This document shows, in pieces, positions 50,086 through 58,516 of a stretch of 64,000 nt of DNA. A program made the translations under genes and the position numbers. This DNA is from a bacterium (GTDB taxonomy: Bacteria > UBA8248). Under the pieces are notes generated by a model. The model saw only the letters and a program-made list of their open reading frames with translations. It ran no database searches and had not been told where the DNA came from. The stretch spans positions 1,120,001 to 1,184,000 of the forward strand of contig CBDCRP010000003.1 in the NCBI GenBank assembly GCA_965221165.1, written 5' to 3'. Each line of letters starts with the position of its first letter. Within the stretch, counting starts at the first letter, position 1.

Positions 50086-50598
50086 TCAGTCGTAGGAGCC
50101 GTCCATATCCATCTTCCGGTAGGCGCTGCCGTAGAAAAGAAGCGGGGCGTGCACCTCCTCCTCGATCAGGACGCGGGTCACGCGCCCCACGACGATGGTG
50201 TGATCACCTCCGGGAAGCTCCTCGTGCAGGTCGCACTCCAGAACGCCTACGTGTCCCGTGAGCAGCGGCGAGCCGTTTTCTCCGATTTCATGCGGGATAT
50301 CCGCGAACTGATCTTCCGCGTCCCTGCCCTTGCCCGCAAACCAGTCGGAAGCGCTCTTTTGCTCCTCGGACAGGAAATTGATGGCGAATTTTTTCGCTTC
50401 CTGCACCATCTTGAGACTCGACGCCTTGTTGTCGTAACACACCAGGACGAGCGGCGGATCGAGCGAGAGGGAGGAAAACGCGTTCGCCGTCATGCCCCGC
50501 GCTTCGGTTTCGGTTTTCGCGGTGACGACCGTGACGCCGGTGGCGAACCTGCCGAGGGCGGTTCTGAATTCTTTCTGGTCGATGCTCATGTGTGCCAT
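50086..50598 (-). CDS. Flavin reductase family protein
   Basis: FATGVTVVT, GMTANAFSSLSLDPPL, GGDHTIVVG motifs. Confidence 0.93.
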   Translation of the reverse strand: MAHMSIDQKEFRTALGRFATGVTVVTAKTETEARGMTANAFSSLSLDPPLVLVCYDNKASSLKMVQEAKKFAINFLSEEQKSASDWFAGKGRDAEDQFADIPHEIGENGSPLLTGHVGVLECDLHEELPGGDHTIVVGRVTRVLIEEEVHAPLLFYGSAYRKMDMDGSYD

Positions 50599-50620
50599 CC
50601 CCTAAAATGAACGCTTTGGA

Positions 50621-51235
50621 TTAGTCCGAATATCTCTCTTCTCTGAACGGGTCCGCGTCGTTGTGGTATCCGCGCGTCTCCCAGAAACCGGGTTTGTCGA
50701 CGACGGAAAACTCCACTCCTGTAACCCACTTTGCGCTTTTCCAGAAATATCGCCCCGGAACAACCAGCCTGAGCGGCCAGCCGTGCTCGGGCGTCAAATC
50801 TTCCTCATCGTGCTTCCAGGCCCACAGCACGTCATCGTCCATACATGCCGAGAGAGGCAGATTCGTCGTGTAGCCGCACTCGCAATGGACGATGACGAAC
50901 CCGGCGTTTTTCTTGAGTCTCACCCGCTTCATCAGTTCCCGAAAGGATACCCCGTGAAACCGGTTATCCATCCGGCTCCAGTGGGTGACGCAGTGAATAT
51001 CGCAGGAGACATCGACGGTGGGCATCGAGGTGAACTCCTCGTAGCTGAACTCGAGTTCCTCATCCACCTCACCGAACACGCGGAATTTCCACGATTCGAG
51101 GTCGACCTGCGGCACCTCGTCGAGGTGAAGTACGGGCCACTTTTCCGTCGCGGTCTGGCCCGGCGGAATGCGCCCGCCATATTTTTCCTTGAGCTCTTTT
51201 TTTCTGGAAAAAAGCGCCGCCATTCTTCGTCCCAA
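50621..51235 (-). CDS. Sulfite oxidase-like molybdopterin oxidoreductase (cytoplasmic, YuiH-like)
   Basis: PPGQ, DIHCVTHWS, HGWPLRLVVP, WKSAKW, GFWETRGYH motifs; no Tat signal. Confidence 0.9.
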   Translation of the reverse strand: MGRRMAALFSRKKELKEKYGGRIPPGQTATEKWPVLHLDEVPQVDLESWKFRVFGEVDEELEFSYEEFTSMPTVDVSCDIHCVTHWSRMDNRFHGVSFRELMKRVRLKKNAGFVIVHCECGYTTNLPLSACMDDDVLWAWKHDEEDLTPEHGWPLRLVVPGRYFWKSAKWVTGVEFSVVDKPGFWETRGYHNDADPFREERYSD

Positions 51236-51237
51236 GT

Positions 51238-52272
51238 CTACCCGATGGGCGCCAGGAGCACCTTCAGCCCGGCCCCGCGCCGCATGATGTCGAAACCAGC
51301 CTCCCAGTCATCGAGCGAGAGCACATCAGATACCATGGCTTCGGTGTCGATTCTGCCCGCCTCCATCAACTTGAGCGCCAGCAGCCAGGCGGAGCGCTTC
51401 TGGCCGAATGTGCCGACCAGGCGAATCTCCTTAAACGCCAACCGATCCATATCGACGGGAACCGGCGCTCCGGGCAGCCCCACCTGGAGAACTTCTCCTC
51501 CTTTTCTCACCGCCTCGATGCAAACCTCGAGCGCGCCGGGAGCGCCCGCCGCCTCGACCGCCAAATCGACCCCCCAGCCGTTCGTGACCGCGAGAACCCG
51601 CTCGAGAACGCTTTCTTTCTCCACGTTCACCGTCCATTCCGCGCCGAACGAGCGGGCGAGAGCGAGCCTGTGCGCATCCTTCTCGGCCCCTGCCACCATA
51701 ACCCGCGCACCGTGGGCGACCGCGACCTGGGCGCACCCCAGGCCGATGGCGCCCGGCCCCATGATGAGGACGAAATCTCCCTCCCGCACGCTGCATTGCT
51801 CACACATCCCGTGCACGCACACCGCCAGGGGTTCGGAGAGCGCGGCCGCCTTGAGACTCACGTTATCGGGCAGGCGATGAATCGACTCCGCCCGCGTGAC
51901 CACGTAGTCCGTGAAAGCGCCGTTGCTCACCACGCCCGCGATGTCGCGCTCATCACACCGATTGTAGCGGCCCGAGATGCAGTGCGGGCAGACGCGGCAG
52001 GTCGATTTCGTGGGTTCGGCCGTCACCCTTGTCCCGAGAGGAATTCCCTCGACTCCCGGGCCAATTTCCACCACTTCGCCCGAAAACTCGTGGCCCAGCA
52101 CCAAGGGGGGGAAATAGTGAAAAAACTCGCCCGATGCGATGTGCACGTCCGTCCCGCAGATGCCGGCATGGGTGATTTTGACCTTCACCTGCCCGGTACC
52201 CACGCGAGGCTCCTCCACGTCGAGAAGCGCCATGTTTCCAGGCCCTTTCGCCTGTTTCACCAAGGCCTTCAT
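51238..52272 (-). CDS. Zinc-dependent medium-chain dehydrogenase
   Basis: GICGTDVH, GHEFSG, CxxCxxC-x7-C, GPGAIG motifs. Confidence 0.92.
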   Translation of the reverse strand: MKALVKQAKGPGNMALLDVEEPRVGTGQVKVKITHAGICGTDVHIASGEFFHYFPPLVLGHEFSGEVVEIGPGVEGIPLGTRVTAEPTKSTCRVCPHCISGRYNRCDERDIAGVVSNGAFTDYVVTRAESIHRLPDNVSLKAAALSEPLAVCVHGMCEQCSVREGDFVLIMGPGAIGLGCAQVAVAHGARVMVAGAEKDAHRLALARSFGAEWTVNVEKESVLERVLAVTNGWGVDLAVEAAGAPGALEVCIEAVRKGGEVLQVGLPGAPVPVDMDRLAFKEIRLVGTFGQKRSAWLLALKLMEAGRIDTEAMVSDVLSLDDWEAGFDIMRRGAGLKVLLAPIG

Positions 52273-52293
52273 ATTCGCCTCGCGCGAGAGGAA

Positions 52294-53007
52294 TCAGGCG
52301 TTCAGCACGGCGATCGCCCGTATCGGCGAACCCGACCCGCCCCGAATCTTGAGCGGAAGCCCGATGTAGAGAAACTCCTTACCCACCACCAGTTCGATGT
52401 TGCACAGGTTTTCCGTGTTGGTGCGGCCCAGGTCACGACAAACGAGGTGGCAGGGGTATTCCGGGCTGGTGGCCATATCCATGCTGGGGGCGTCGGTACC
52501 CACGTTGATGGCCCCGCATTCGCCATACACAAACTCGGCCGCATCGCGCGTCCAACCGGCGTAGGCCGTCGTGTAGAGGGGAGTCGGGTGGTGGCGCTCG
52601 AAGTGCCCGTAGGTGTAGAGGAGGGTATCGCCCGGCCTGATCTCGTAGTCATAGTGGTCGAGCCTGCGCTTCACGTCATCCGCGTTGATGTAGCTGTTAT
52701 CCTCGACGTTCTCGAAATCAATCGCTATTCCGCGGCTGTAGAAAGAATCGAAGTTCATCTCGTCGATGTGCGGCGCGTCGGGCGAGGGGTCGAGATGGCT
52801 GATGGAATCCACGTGCGTGGGGCCGTGCTCGCAGAACTGGATGATGCCCGAATAATAGCTCATCTCGCTCTTGAAGCGCCCGCTGGCGGCGCTTTCCTCG
52901 TGCGTCATATTCGTCCAGCGCCAGGTCTCGGGGTGCCCCACGAACACCGGCTGCCCCTGATAGATGTCTTGCGAGAGATCAACGATTTCGTGATTCTTAT
53001 ACGCCAT
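52294..53007 (-). CDS. Cyclase family metallohydrolase (kynurenine formamidase-like)
   Basis: VDLS, EHGPTHVDSISH, VGTD, ENL, PLKIRGGSGSPIRA motifs. Confidence 0.88.
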   Translation of the reverse strand: MAYKNHEIVDLSQDIYQGQPVFVGHPETWRWTNMTHEESAASGRFKSEMSYYSGIIQFCEHGPTHVDSISHLDPSPDAPHIDEMNFDSFYSRGIAIDFENVEDNSYINADDVKRRLDHYDYEIRPGDTLLYTYGHFERHHPTPLYTTAYAGWTRDAAEFVYGECGAINVGTDAPSMDMATSPEYPCHLVCRDLGRTNTENLCNIELVVGKEFLYIGLPLKIRGGSGSPIRAIAVLNA

Positions 53008-53168
53008 GGTGATTCTCCTTCGGCATGTTCCGCGTTATAAGTGAACTATTCGAATCCTTGCGATTCGCTGCATGAAGCGCGTCTTTTGAACCAACGCCAA
53101 AACCGGTGAAATGACTGCCCTTATCCGGGTTTCTTACACGAGATGTCGTGGGTTTTGAGCGCTTCCCG

Positions 53169-53261
53169 ATATTAGGGTCGGCATGAAGCCTTGTCAACGG
53201 AACGGCTACTTGAGAGAGCGCCCATAGAGAATTGACATATAAAAGCCCGCCTCCTTACCAT
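53169..53261. promoter_or_regulatory. Back-to-back divergent sigma70 promoters
   Basis: Minus strand: TTGACA(53197-92)-17-TAATAT(53174-69). Plus strand: TTGACA(53232-37)-18-TACCAT(53256-61). Confidence 0.6.
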
Positions 53262-53308
53262 GCCGATGAAACGCAAGTCTTCTCTTTTCTTTCGGTGGAA
53301 AGCACTCT

Positions 53309-53944
53309 ATGGCGGACGCGCGCCGCGTATCGGCGATACTGCTTGCCGCAGGCCTCTCGAAACGCCTGGGGCGAAACAAACTTCTCCTGCCCCTGGGCGA
53401 TGAGACCGTCATCCGCAAGACGGCGAAGGCGGTGCTCGCCGCCGCAGTTTCAGATGTCATCCTCGTGACGGGTCATGAGGAGGCGTTGGTGAAACAGGCC
53501 GTCAGGGGCCTGAACGTGCGCCTCAAGCACAACCCCCGCTACGCCCAAGGACAGAGCACGAGCATGGTCGCAGGGGTCGAGGCGGCTTCCGAGGCCGCCG
53601 ACGCCTACCTGTTCGTCCTGGGCGATCAGCCCCTGCTGACGCCGGGAATCGTGAACGACATGATTTCCCTGTATCAGACATCCCGGCCCGACACACTGGT
53701 CGTGGCGCCGGCCTTCGAGGGCAGGCGCGGAAACCCCACGCTATTTTCCGCCTTCCTCAGAAACGAACTGCTCCAGACGAGCGGAGATGCGGGCGGCAGG
53801 GGAATCATCCAAAGACTGGAAAAGGAATCTCCTGGAAAGATCGTTTTTCTCCACTTGCCCAATGATGATATCTTTCTCGACATCGACACGGAAAAAGATT
53901 ACGAATTCATGCTTCGTAAATTCCCAAAAGCCTCATATGAGTAG
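53309..53944 (+). CDS. mocA: Molybdenum cofactor cytidylyltransferase-like nucleotidyltransferase
   Basis: LLAAGLSKRLG.NKLL, LGDQP, RGNP, GDAGGR, DIDT motifs. Confidence 0.82.
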   Translation: MADARRVSAILLAAGLSKRLGRNKLLLPLGDETVIRKTAKAVLAAAVSDVILVTGHEEALVKQAVRGLNVRLKHNPRYAQGQSTSMVAGVEAASEAADAYLFVLGDQPLLTPGIVNDMISLYQTSRPDTLVVAPAFEGRRGNPTLFSAFLRNELLQTSGDAGGRGIIQRLEKESPGKIVFLHLPNDDIFLDIDTEKDYEFMLRKFPKASYE

Positions 53945-53959
53945 CGAAGGAGTGTATTC

Positions 53960-55102
53960 ATGGTGAAAGCGTTTGAAATTGCATCCGGCCCCCGCGTTCG
54001 CTTCGGTCGCGGAGAGGCCGCCCACATCGGAGAGGAAGCGAAGGGCCTGGGGATGGCGAAGCCGATGTTCGTCACCGATCCGGGACTCGCATCGAGCGGG
54101 GCGCTCGATTCGGTCATCAAGGGGCTCGAAGACGGATCGATTGATTACCAGTTCTACGATCAGGCCGAAGCCAACCCCTCCGACACCAGCATCATCGCGG
54201 CCCGCGATTTTTTCAATCGGCGCGGGTGCGACGGCTTCATCGCCGCGGGCGGGGGCAGCACGATGGACACCGCCAAGGCGACCCTCGCCATCACCGCGAA
54301 CGGAGGCGTGCCGAGCGACTACTACGGCCGCGGGAAGGCCACGAAGCCCGGTCCGCCGCTCATCACCGTTCCCACCACGGCGGGCACGGGCAGCGAGGTC
54401 ACCATGAGTTCCATCGTCACGGACACGAAGCTGATGATCAAAGCGGTCCTGGCCGACGACTCGCTGTTCGCGAAACTCGCCATCGTCGACTCGGCGCTTC
54501 TGGCCAAACTTCCCTCCCACATCGCGGCGGGCGCGATGATGGACGCCTTGACCCACGCGATCGAATCGGTCGGCTCGCCCAACTCCAGCCCCTGGACGGA
54601 AGCCCTGGCGTTTCAGTCGATCACCTATATCGGCAAACACGGGAGAGCCTACGTGGACGACCCCTCAGACCCCGAGGCGGCCGACGCCATCTCCCTCTCG
54701 GCCATGCTCGCGGGACGCGCATTCACCAACACGGGCCTCGGCATCGTGCACTCGCTCGCGCATCCGCTCGGAGCCTACCACGGGCTGCACCACGGCACGG
54801 CGAACGGCATCTTCCTGCCGCCCGTGATGGAGTTCAACCTCCCCGTCATGCGGGAGACCTACGCGCGCATGGCGCCGCTTCTCAGAGAAGGTGCTGCGCA
54901 CACGGCCGAGGCGGCGATAGACGCCATCCGCGAACTCAACACGGACATCGGCATTCCGGGCAGCTTGAGAGAGGCGGACGTCGTGAACGAGGATTTGGAC
55001 GTCCTGACGAAAGACGCGGCGGAAAGCCACCAGGTCACCACGAACCCGGTCCCTTCGACCCAGGAGGACCTGAAGCGCCTGCTGTTGGCCGTTCTCGAGT
55101 AG
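53960..55102 (+). CDS. Iron-containing alcohol dehydrogenase
   Basis: GGGSTMDTAK, PTTAGTGSEVT, DALTHAIES, HSLAH, HGTAN motifs. Confidence 0.93.
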   Translation: MVKAFEIASGPRVRFGRGEAAHIGEEAKGLGMAKPMFVTDPGLASSGALDSVIKGLEDGSIDYQFYDQAEANPSDTSIIAARDFFNRRGCDGFIAAGGGSTMDTAKATLAITANGGVPSDYYGRGKATKPGPPLITVPTTAGTGSEVTMSSIVTDTKLMIKAVLADDSLFAKLAIVDSALLAKLPSHIAAGAMMDALTHAIESVGSPNSSPWTEALAFQSITYIGKHGRAYVDDPSDPEAADAISLSAMLAGRAFTNTGLGIVHSLAHPLGAYHGLHHGTANGIFLPPVMEFNLPVMRETYARMAPLLREGAAHTAEAAIDAIRELNTDIGIPGSLREADVVNEDLDVLTKDAAESHQVTTNPVPSTQEDLKRLLLAVLE

Positions 55103-55105
55103 ACG

Positions 55106-55627
55106 ATGCCCGCAAACGAGATACTGATACCGCAGGCGGACATCCAGAATCGCCTGTCGGAACTCGCCGCCGAAATCAACGCGGCCTCTCCCGCCGGGCC
55201 GATGCACGTCGTCATGATACTGAAAGGATCGGTTTTCTTCGGCGTCGATCTGGCCCGCGCCCTCATGCGCAACACCACGCTCGGCTTCCTCTCCGCCTCG
55301 AGCTACGGGGAGAGAACGCAAAGCACGGGCCGGGTGGAGATCGACGCCAGTCACCTGGGCGAAATCGAGGAGCGAAACGTGCTGCTCATCGACGATATTC
55401 TGGATACGGGGCATACGTTCTCGAAAACCATTGATCTTTTGAGAGAACTGCGCCCCGCAACTCTCAGGACTTGCGTGTTGATGGACAAGCCCGCGAGGAG
55501 AGAAGTCGAGGTGCAGGCGGACCACGTCGGATTCACGATAGAAAATCATTTCGTCGTCGGGTATGGCCTGGACTGCGGAGAGGCGTACCGCACCCTGCCG
55601 GATATCCGGATTTATGCGCCCGAATGA
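55106..55627 (+). CDS. hpt: Hypoxanthine phosphoribosyltransferase
   Basis: ILKGS, ASSYG, LLIDDILDTGHT, FVVGYGLD motifs. Confidence 0.92.
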   Translation: MPANEILIPQADIQNRLSELAAEINAASPAGPMHVVMILKGSVFFGVDLARALMRNTTLGFLSASSYGERTQSTGRVEIDASHLGEIEERNVLLIDDILDTGHTFSKTIDLLRELRPATLRTCVLMDKPARREVEVQADHVGFTIENHFVVGYGLDCGEAYRTLPDIRIYAPE

Positions 55628-55719
55628 ATCCCTCTCGGAGGGAGTCATGAGCGGGCCTCAGAGGTCTTGTCCTCTTTTTGTCTGATGTGAAGAGACGCTA
55701 GTCCTCCATTCATACAGGA

Positions 55720-56832
55720 GTGATGTTCATGCCGATTCAGAAAATAACGGTCTGGGATACCGCCGTGGAAGTCGCCCAGCAATCCAGAAACCGCTACGGG
55801 GGCGCGTCCACACTCGAAAGAGTCGTGGTTCGCCTCACGAACGATGACGGAAAAGAGGGCTGGGGCGAGGCGGCGCCTCTGATGTACATCACGCAGGAAA
55901 CCGGCTCGGAGATGGCAGCCAGGCTACGGGAGGCCGCCCCCCGCATACAGGTAAAAGAGGCGGATGAGTTGCTCGCCACGCTCGATGAGACGGTGGATTT
56001 CAAGGGTATGGGCGCCACGCGCACCGCCCTGGAAATCGCCGCCATCGACTTGGCCGCCAAAATCAACCAGACACCGTTCGCACAAGTTTTCAGCGGACAC
56101 AGGAGAAACACCGTCACGCTCGACGGCCCCATCGGCCTCCTCCCTTATGATGAGGCCATCAAGAAAGCGGAAACACTCGTCAATCAAGGCGTCAAGACCC
56201 TCAAAGTGAAATCAGGTGTCGACGCGGAGGCGGACGCAGAGCGCATCGTCAGGCTGCGCGAGAGATTCGGCCCGCAAATCAAGCTGAGAACGGATGCGAA
56301 CGGCGGGTTTTCGCCCGATGAAGCCCTCCGCTTTACGGACAAGATGGTCGAGATCGGCCTCGAACACTTCGAGCAGCCCGTGCTTCCCACGGAGGAGAAG
56401 TGCATCGACGTGTTTCGGGAGATCCGCGCCCGGGGCATGCAGGTCGCCGTGGATGAGTCGCTGTTCTCCATCGACGACGCGCGCCGCCTCGTCGATGCGG
56501 AGGCCGCCGACGTCGCCGTCATCAAGATCGCGAAGTTCGGCGGCCCCAGAAACGCCTGGGAGGTGGCGCGGGTTTTCGACGCCGCCGGGAAACCCGCTCT
56601 CTTGAGTTCGCCCTACGAATCGTATATCGCCAAATCGGCGGGGTTCGCCCTCGCCCTGTCACTTGAGACCGCGGACAGGGCGCACGAACTCGCCCATTTT
56701 CTCGATGAAGAACCATACGCCGAGTGGAGCCACTCCATATCAGAAGGCGCGTTCACACTGGCGGATTCCCGCGGACACGGAGCCTTGGGGCTCCCCTCCC
56801 GCGTCGAGAAGATAGCGAGAACCACGGTATAA
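55720..56832 (+). CDS. Enolase superfamily protein, muconate-lactonizing/dipeptide epimerase subgroup
   Basis: GWGEA, KVK, DAN, EQP, DES, IKIAKFGG motifs. Confidence 0.88.
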   Translation: MMFMPIQKITVWDTAVEVAQQSRNRYGGASTLERVVVRLTNDDGKEGWGEAAPLMYITQETGSEMAARLREAAPRIQVKEADELLATLDETVDFKGMGATRTALEIAAIDLAAKINQTPFAQVFSGHRRNTVTLDGPIGLLPYDEAIKKAETLVNQGVKTLKVKSGVDAEADAERIVRLRERFGPQIKLRTDANGGFSPDEALRFTDKMVEIGLEHFEQPVLPTEEKCIDVFREIRARGMQVAVDESLFSIDDARRLVDAEAADVAVIKIAKFGGPRNAWEVARVFDAAGKPALLSSPYESYIAKSAGFALALSLETADRAHELAHFLDEEPYAEWSHSISEGAFTLADSRGHGALGLPSRVEKIARTTV

Positions 56833-56876
56833 CGTAACGGGAACGGACCCTTTACTTGCTCAGGAGAATGAATGCG

Positions 56877-57791
56877 ATGAGTCTCCCCACAAAGGTCGAC
56901 ATCGTCGAGGTAGGCACGCGAGACGGCCTTCAGAACGAAAAGCAACACATCACGCCGGAGGATAAGATAAAACTTCTGGATACCATCACCGACGCCGGCG
57001 TTCGCCGTATCGAGGTGACGAGTTTCGTGAGTCCAAAACACGTCCCCCAGATGAGGGACGCACAGGAGGTGCTGGCCGGGTGCAAGCGCAACCCCGATGC
57101 CGAGTATGAAGCCCTGGTTCCCAACGTCCGGGGCATGGAGTGCGCGCTCGAATGCGAACTGGACGGCGTCATGTTGTTCGTCGCCGCCAGCGAGACATTC
57201 AACCAGAAGAACATACGCGCGAGCCGGGAGGAAATGCTCGGAGTCGCCCGGGAAGTCGCTAAAATGGCGAAGGGAGCGAACCTAAAACTCAGAGGCGGCG
57301 TGGTCGCCGCGTTCGGCTGCCCGTATGAGGGGCGCATCTCCTATGAAGACGTGGAGTGGGTGGTCGGCGAATACGTGGACATGGGCTGTGAGGAAATCGG
57401 CTTGGCCGACACCGTGGGCATGACGAACCCGGCCGAAATCAAAAGGCTCACTGAACATATCCGCGATAAATATCCCTCCGTCCGCTACGCGCTTCACCTC
57501 CACAACACGAGAGGGGCCGGTCTCGCCAACCTCCTGGCGGGCCTGGAAGTCGGCATAGATACGTTCGACACGTCCATCGGCGGCCTGGGCGGTTGTCCTT
57601 TCGCGCCCCGCGCCACGGGCAACATCTCGAGCGAGGACACGATCAACATGCTCCACGAGATGGGGATCGAAACCGGCGTCGACCTGCCGAAACTACTCGA
57701 TGCCGTCGCTTATGCGGAGAAAATCCTCGATCGCCAACTACCGGGCCAACTCCTCCACGCCGGAATCCCGGAATGGGAAATGGCGTCCTGA
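56877..57791 (+). CDS. HMG-CoA lyase family protein
   Basis: RDGLQNE, FGCPY, LADTVG, HLHNTRG, GLGGCPFAP motifs. Start ATG 56877 (or slightly upstream). Confidence 0.92.
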   Translation: MSLPTKVDIVEVGTRDGLQNEKQHITPEDKIKLLDTITDAGVRRIEVTSFVSPKHVPQMRDAQEVLAGCKRNPDAEYEALVPNVRGMECALECELDGVMLFVAASETFNQKNIRASREEMLGVAREVAKMAKGANLKLRGGVVAAFGCPYEGRISYEDVEWVVGEYVDMGCEEIGLADTVGMTNPAEIKRLTEHIRDKYPSVRYALHLHNTRGAGLANLLAGLEVGIDTFDTSIGGLGGCPFAPRATGNISSEDTINMLHEMGIETGVDLPKLLDAVAYAEKILDRQLPGQLLHAGIPEWEMAS

Positions 57792-57856
57792 AGCAACTCC
57801 AGTGGATGGCGCATGAGCGCTCCCGATACTCTCGACGGGCCACGCCACCGTATCGA

Positions 57857-57983
57857 CCTCACCCTGAGTAGCCGCCGAAGGCGGCGTATCGAAGGGCTGT
57901 CCTGAGCCTGTCGAAGGAGGCGCTCCCGATGCACCCCGGCTCTCCCTCGATACGGCGCGCGAGCGCGCCTACTCGGGATGAGG
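57857..57983. repeat. REP-like palindromic element (CTCACCCTGAG...CGAAGG type)
   Basis: CCTCACCCTGAGTA / TACTCGGGATGAGG terminal IR; inner GTATCGAAGGG / CCCTCGATAC; embedded GTCCTGAGCCTGTCGAAGG. Confidence 0.7.
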
Positions 57984-58005
57984 GAGGAGTGTCGTCGCGG
58001 GTCAA

Positions 58006-58056
58006 ACGCGATTGATGAATGAGTGTTTGACGCGATTGATGAATGAGTGTTTGACG
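58006..58056. repeat. 24-bp tandem repeat x2
   Basis: ACGCGATTGATGAATGAGTGTTTG at 58006 and 58030; related sequence at 48860-48892. Confidence 0.9.
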
Positions 58057-58109
58057 ACCGACGAGGGAGGTATTACGTGCCAGGGCGGCGAATGCGCCGC
58101 AGGCGTTTT

Positions 58110-58324
58110 CCCCTTGAGGGTCGGGCTTTCCGAGGGGAAAGTCCGTCGGCAAAACGAGGGCGAAGCCCGAAGTCGCGCTGGTGGGGGTCAGCCCCGACTG
58201 AGGAAGGAGGGGCTGCCAGACTTAAAAAGGTGCAATCGCTCCCTCCTCGGTCGCGATTGACCCCCCACGCATCAGCCTTCGCACAAACCGCTCGGCTTCT
58301 GCTACTCCCCCTCAAGGGGGGAGT
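58110..58324 (-). repeat. REP/REPIN-like palindromic element, copy 2 (opposite orientation)
   Basis: Reverse complement begins ACTCCCCCCTTGAGGGGGAGTAGCAGAAGCCGAGCG.TTTGTGCGAAGGCTGATGCGTGGGGGGTCAAT, as at 48990. Confidence 0.85.
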
Positions 58325-58483
58325 GGTTCCGCCATACTCTATCGTGAAGATGCCCCCTCAAGGGGTCAATCCCGACCAAGGCGGGAGGGATTGTGTTGTC
58401 TCCTCCCTCCCCGCCGCGCCGGTTTTCTTCCCAAAATCCAGTCCGGCGCATTCGGAAACCCTTGACTTTACGGCCCAAAGCTG

Positions 58484-58495
58484 ATTGTATGCAAT
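58484..58495. promoter_or_regulatory. Putative GntR/FCD operator (MdcY/MatR-like box)
   Basis: ATTGTATGCAAT near-palindrome, 16 bp after TTGACT (58462-67) and 21 bp before the decarboxylase operon start. Confidence 0.55.
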
Positions 58496-58516
58496 GTACA
58501 CTTTAGGAGACGCGCA

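Noticed and set aside
50663-53040. Long plus-strand ORFs (405 aa, 456 aa)
   Set aside because: Antisense shadows of clearly recognisable minus-strand enzymes in high-GC DNA; no motifs.
54226-55648. 402-aa (+) and 327-aa (-) ORFs
   Set aside because: Off-frame/antisense overlaps of Fe-ADH and hpt; Arg/His-rich, no recognisable motifs.
58006-58056. Possible CRISPR array
   Set aside because: Two adjacent 24-bp units with no spacer and no cas genes.
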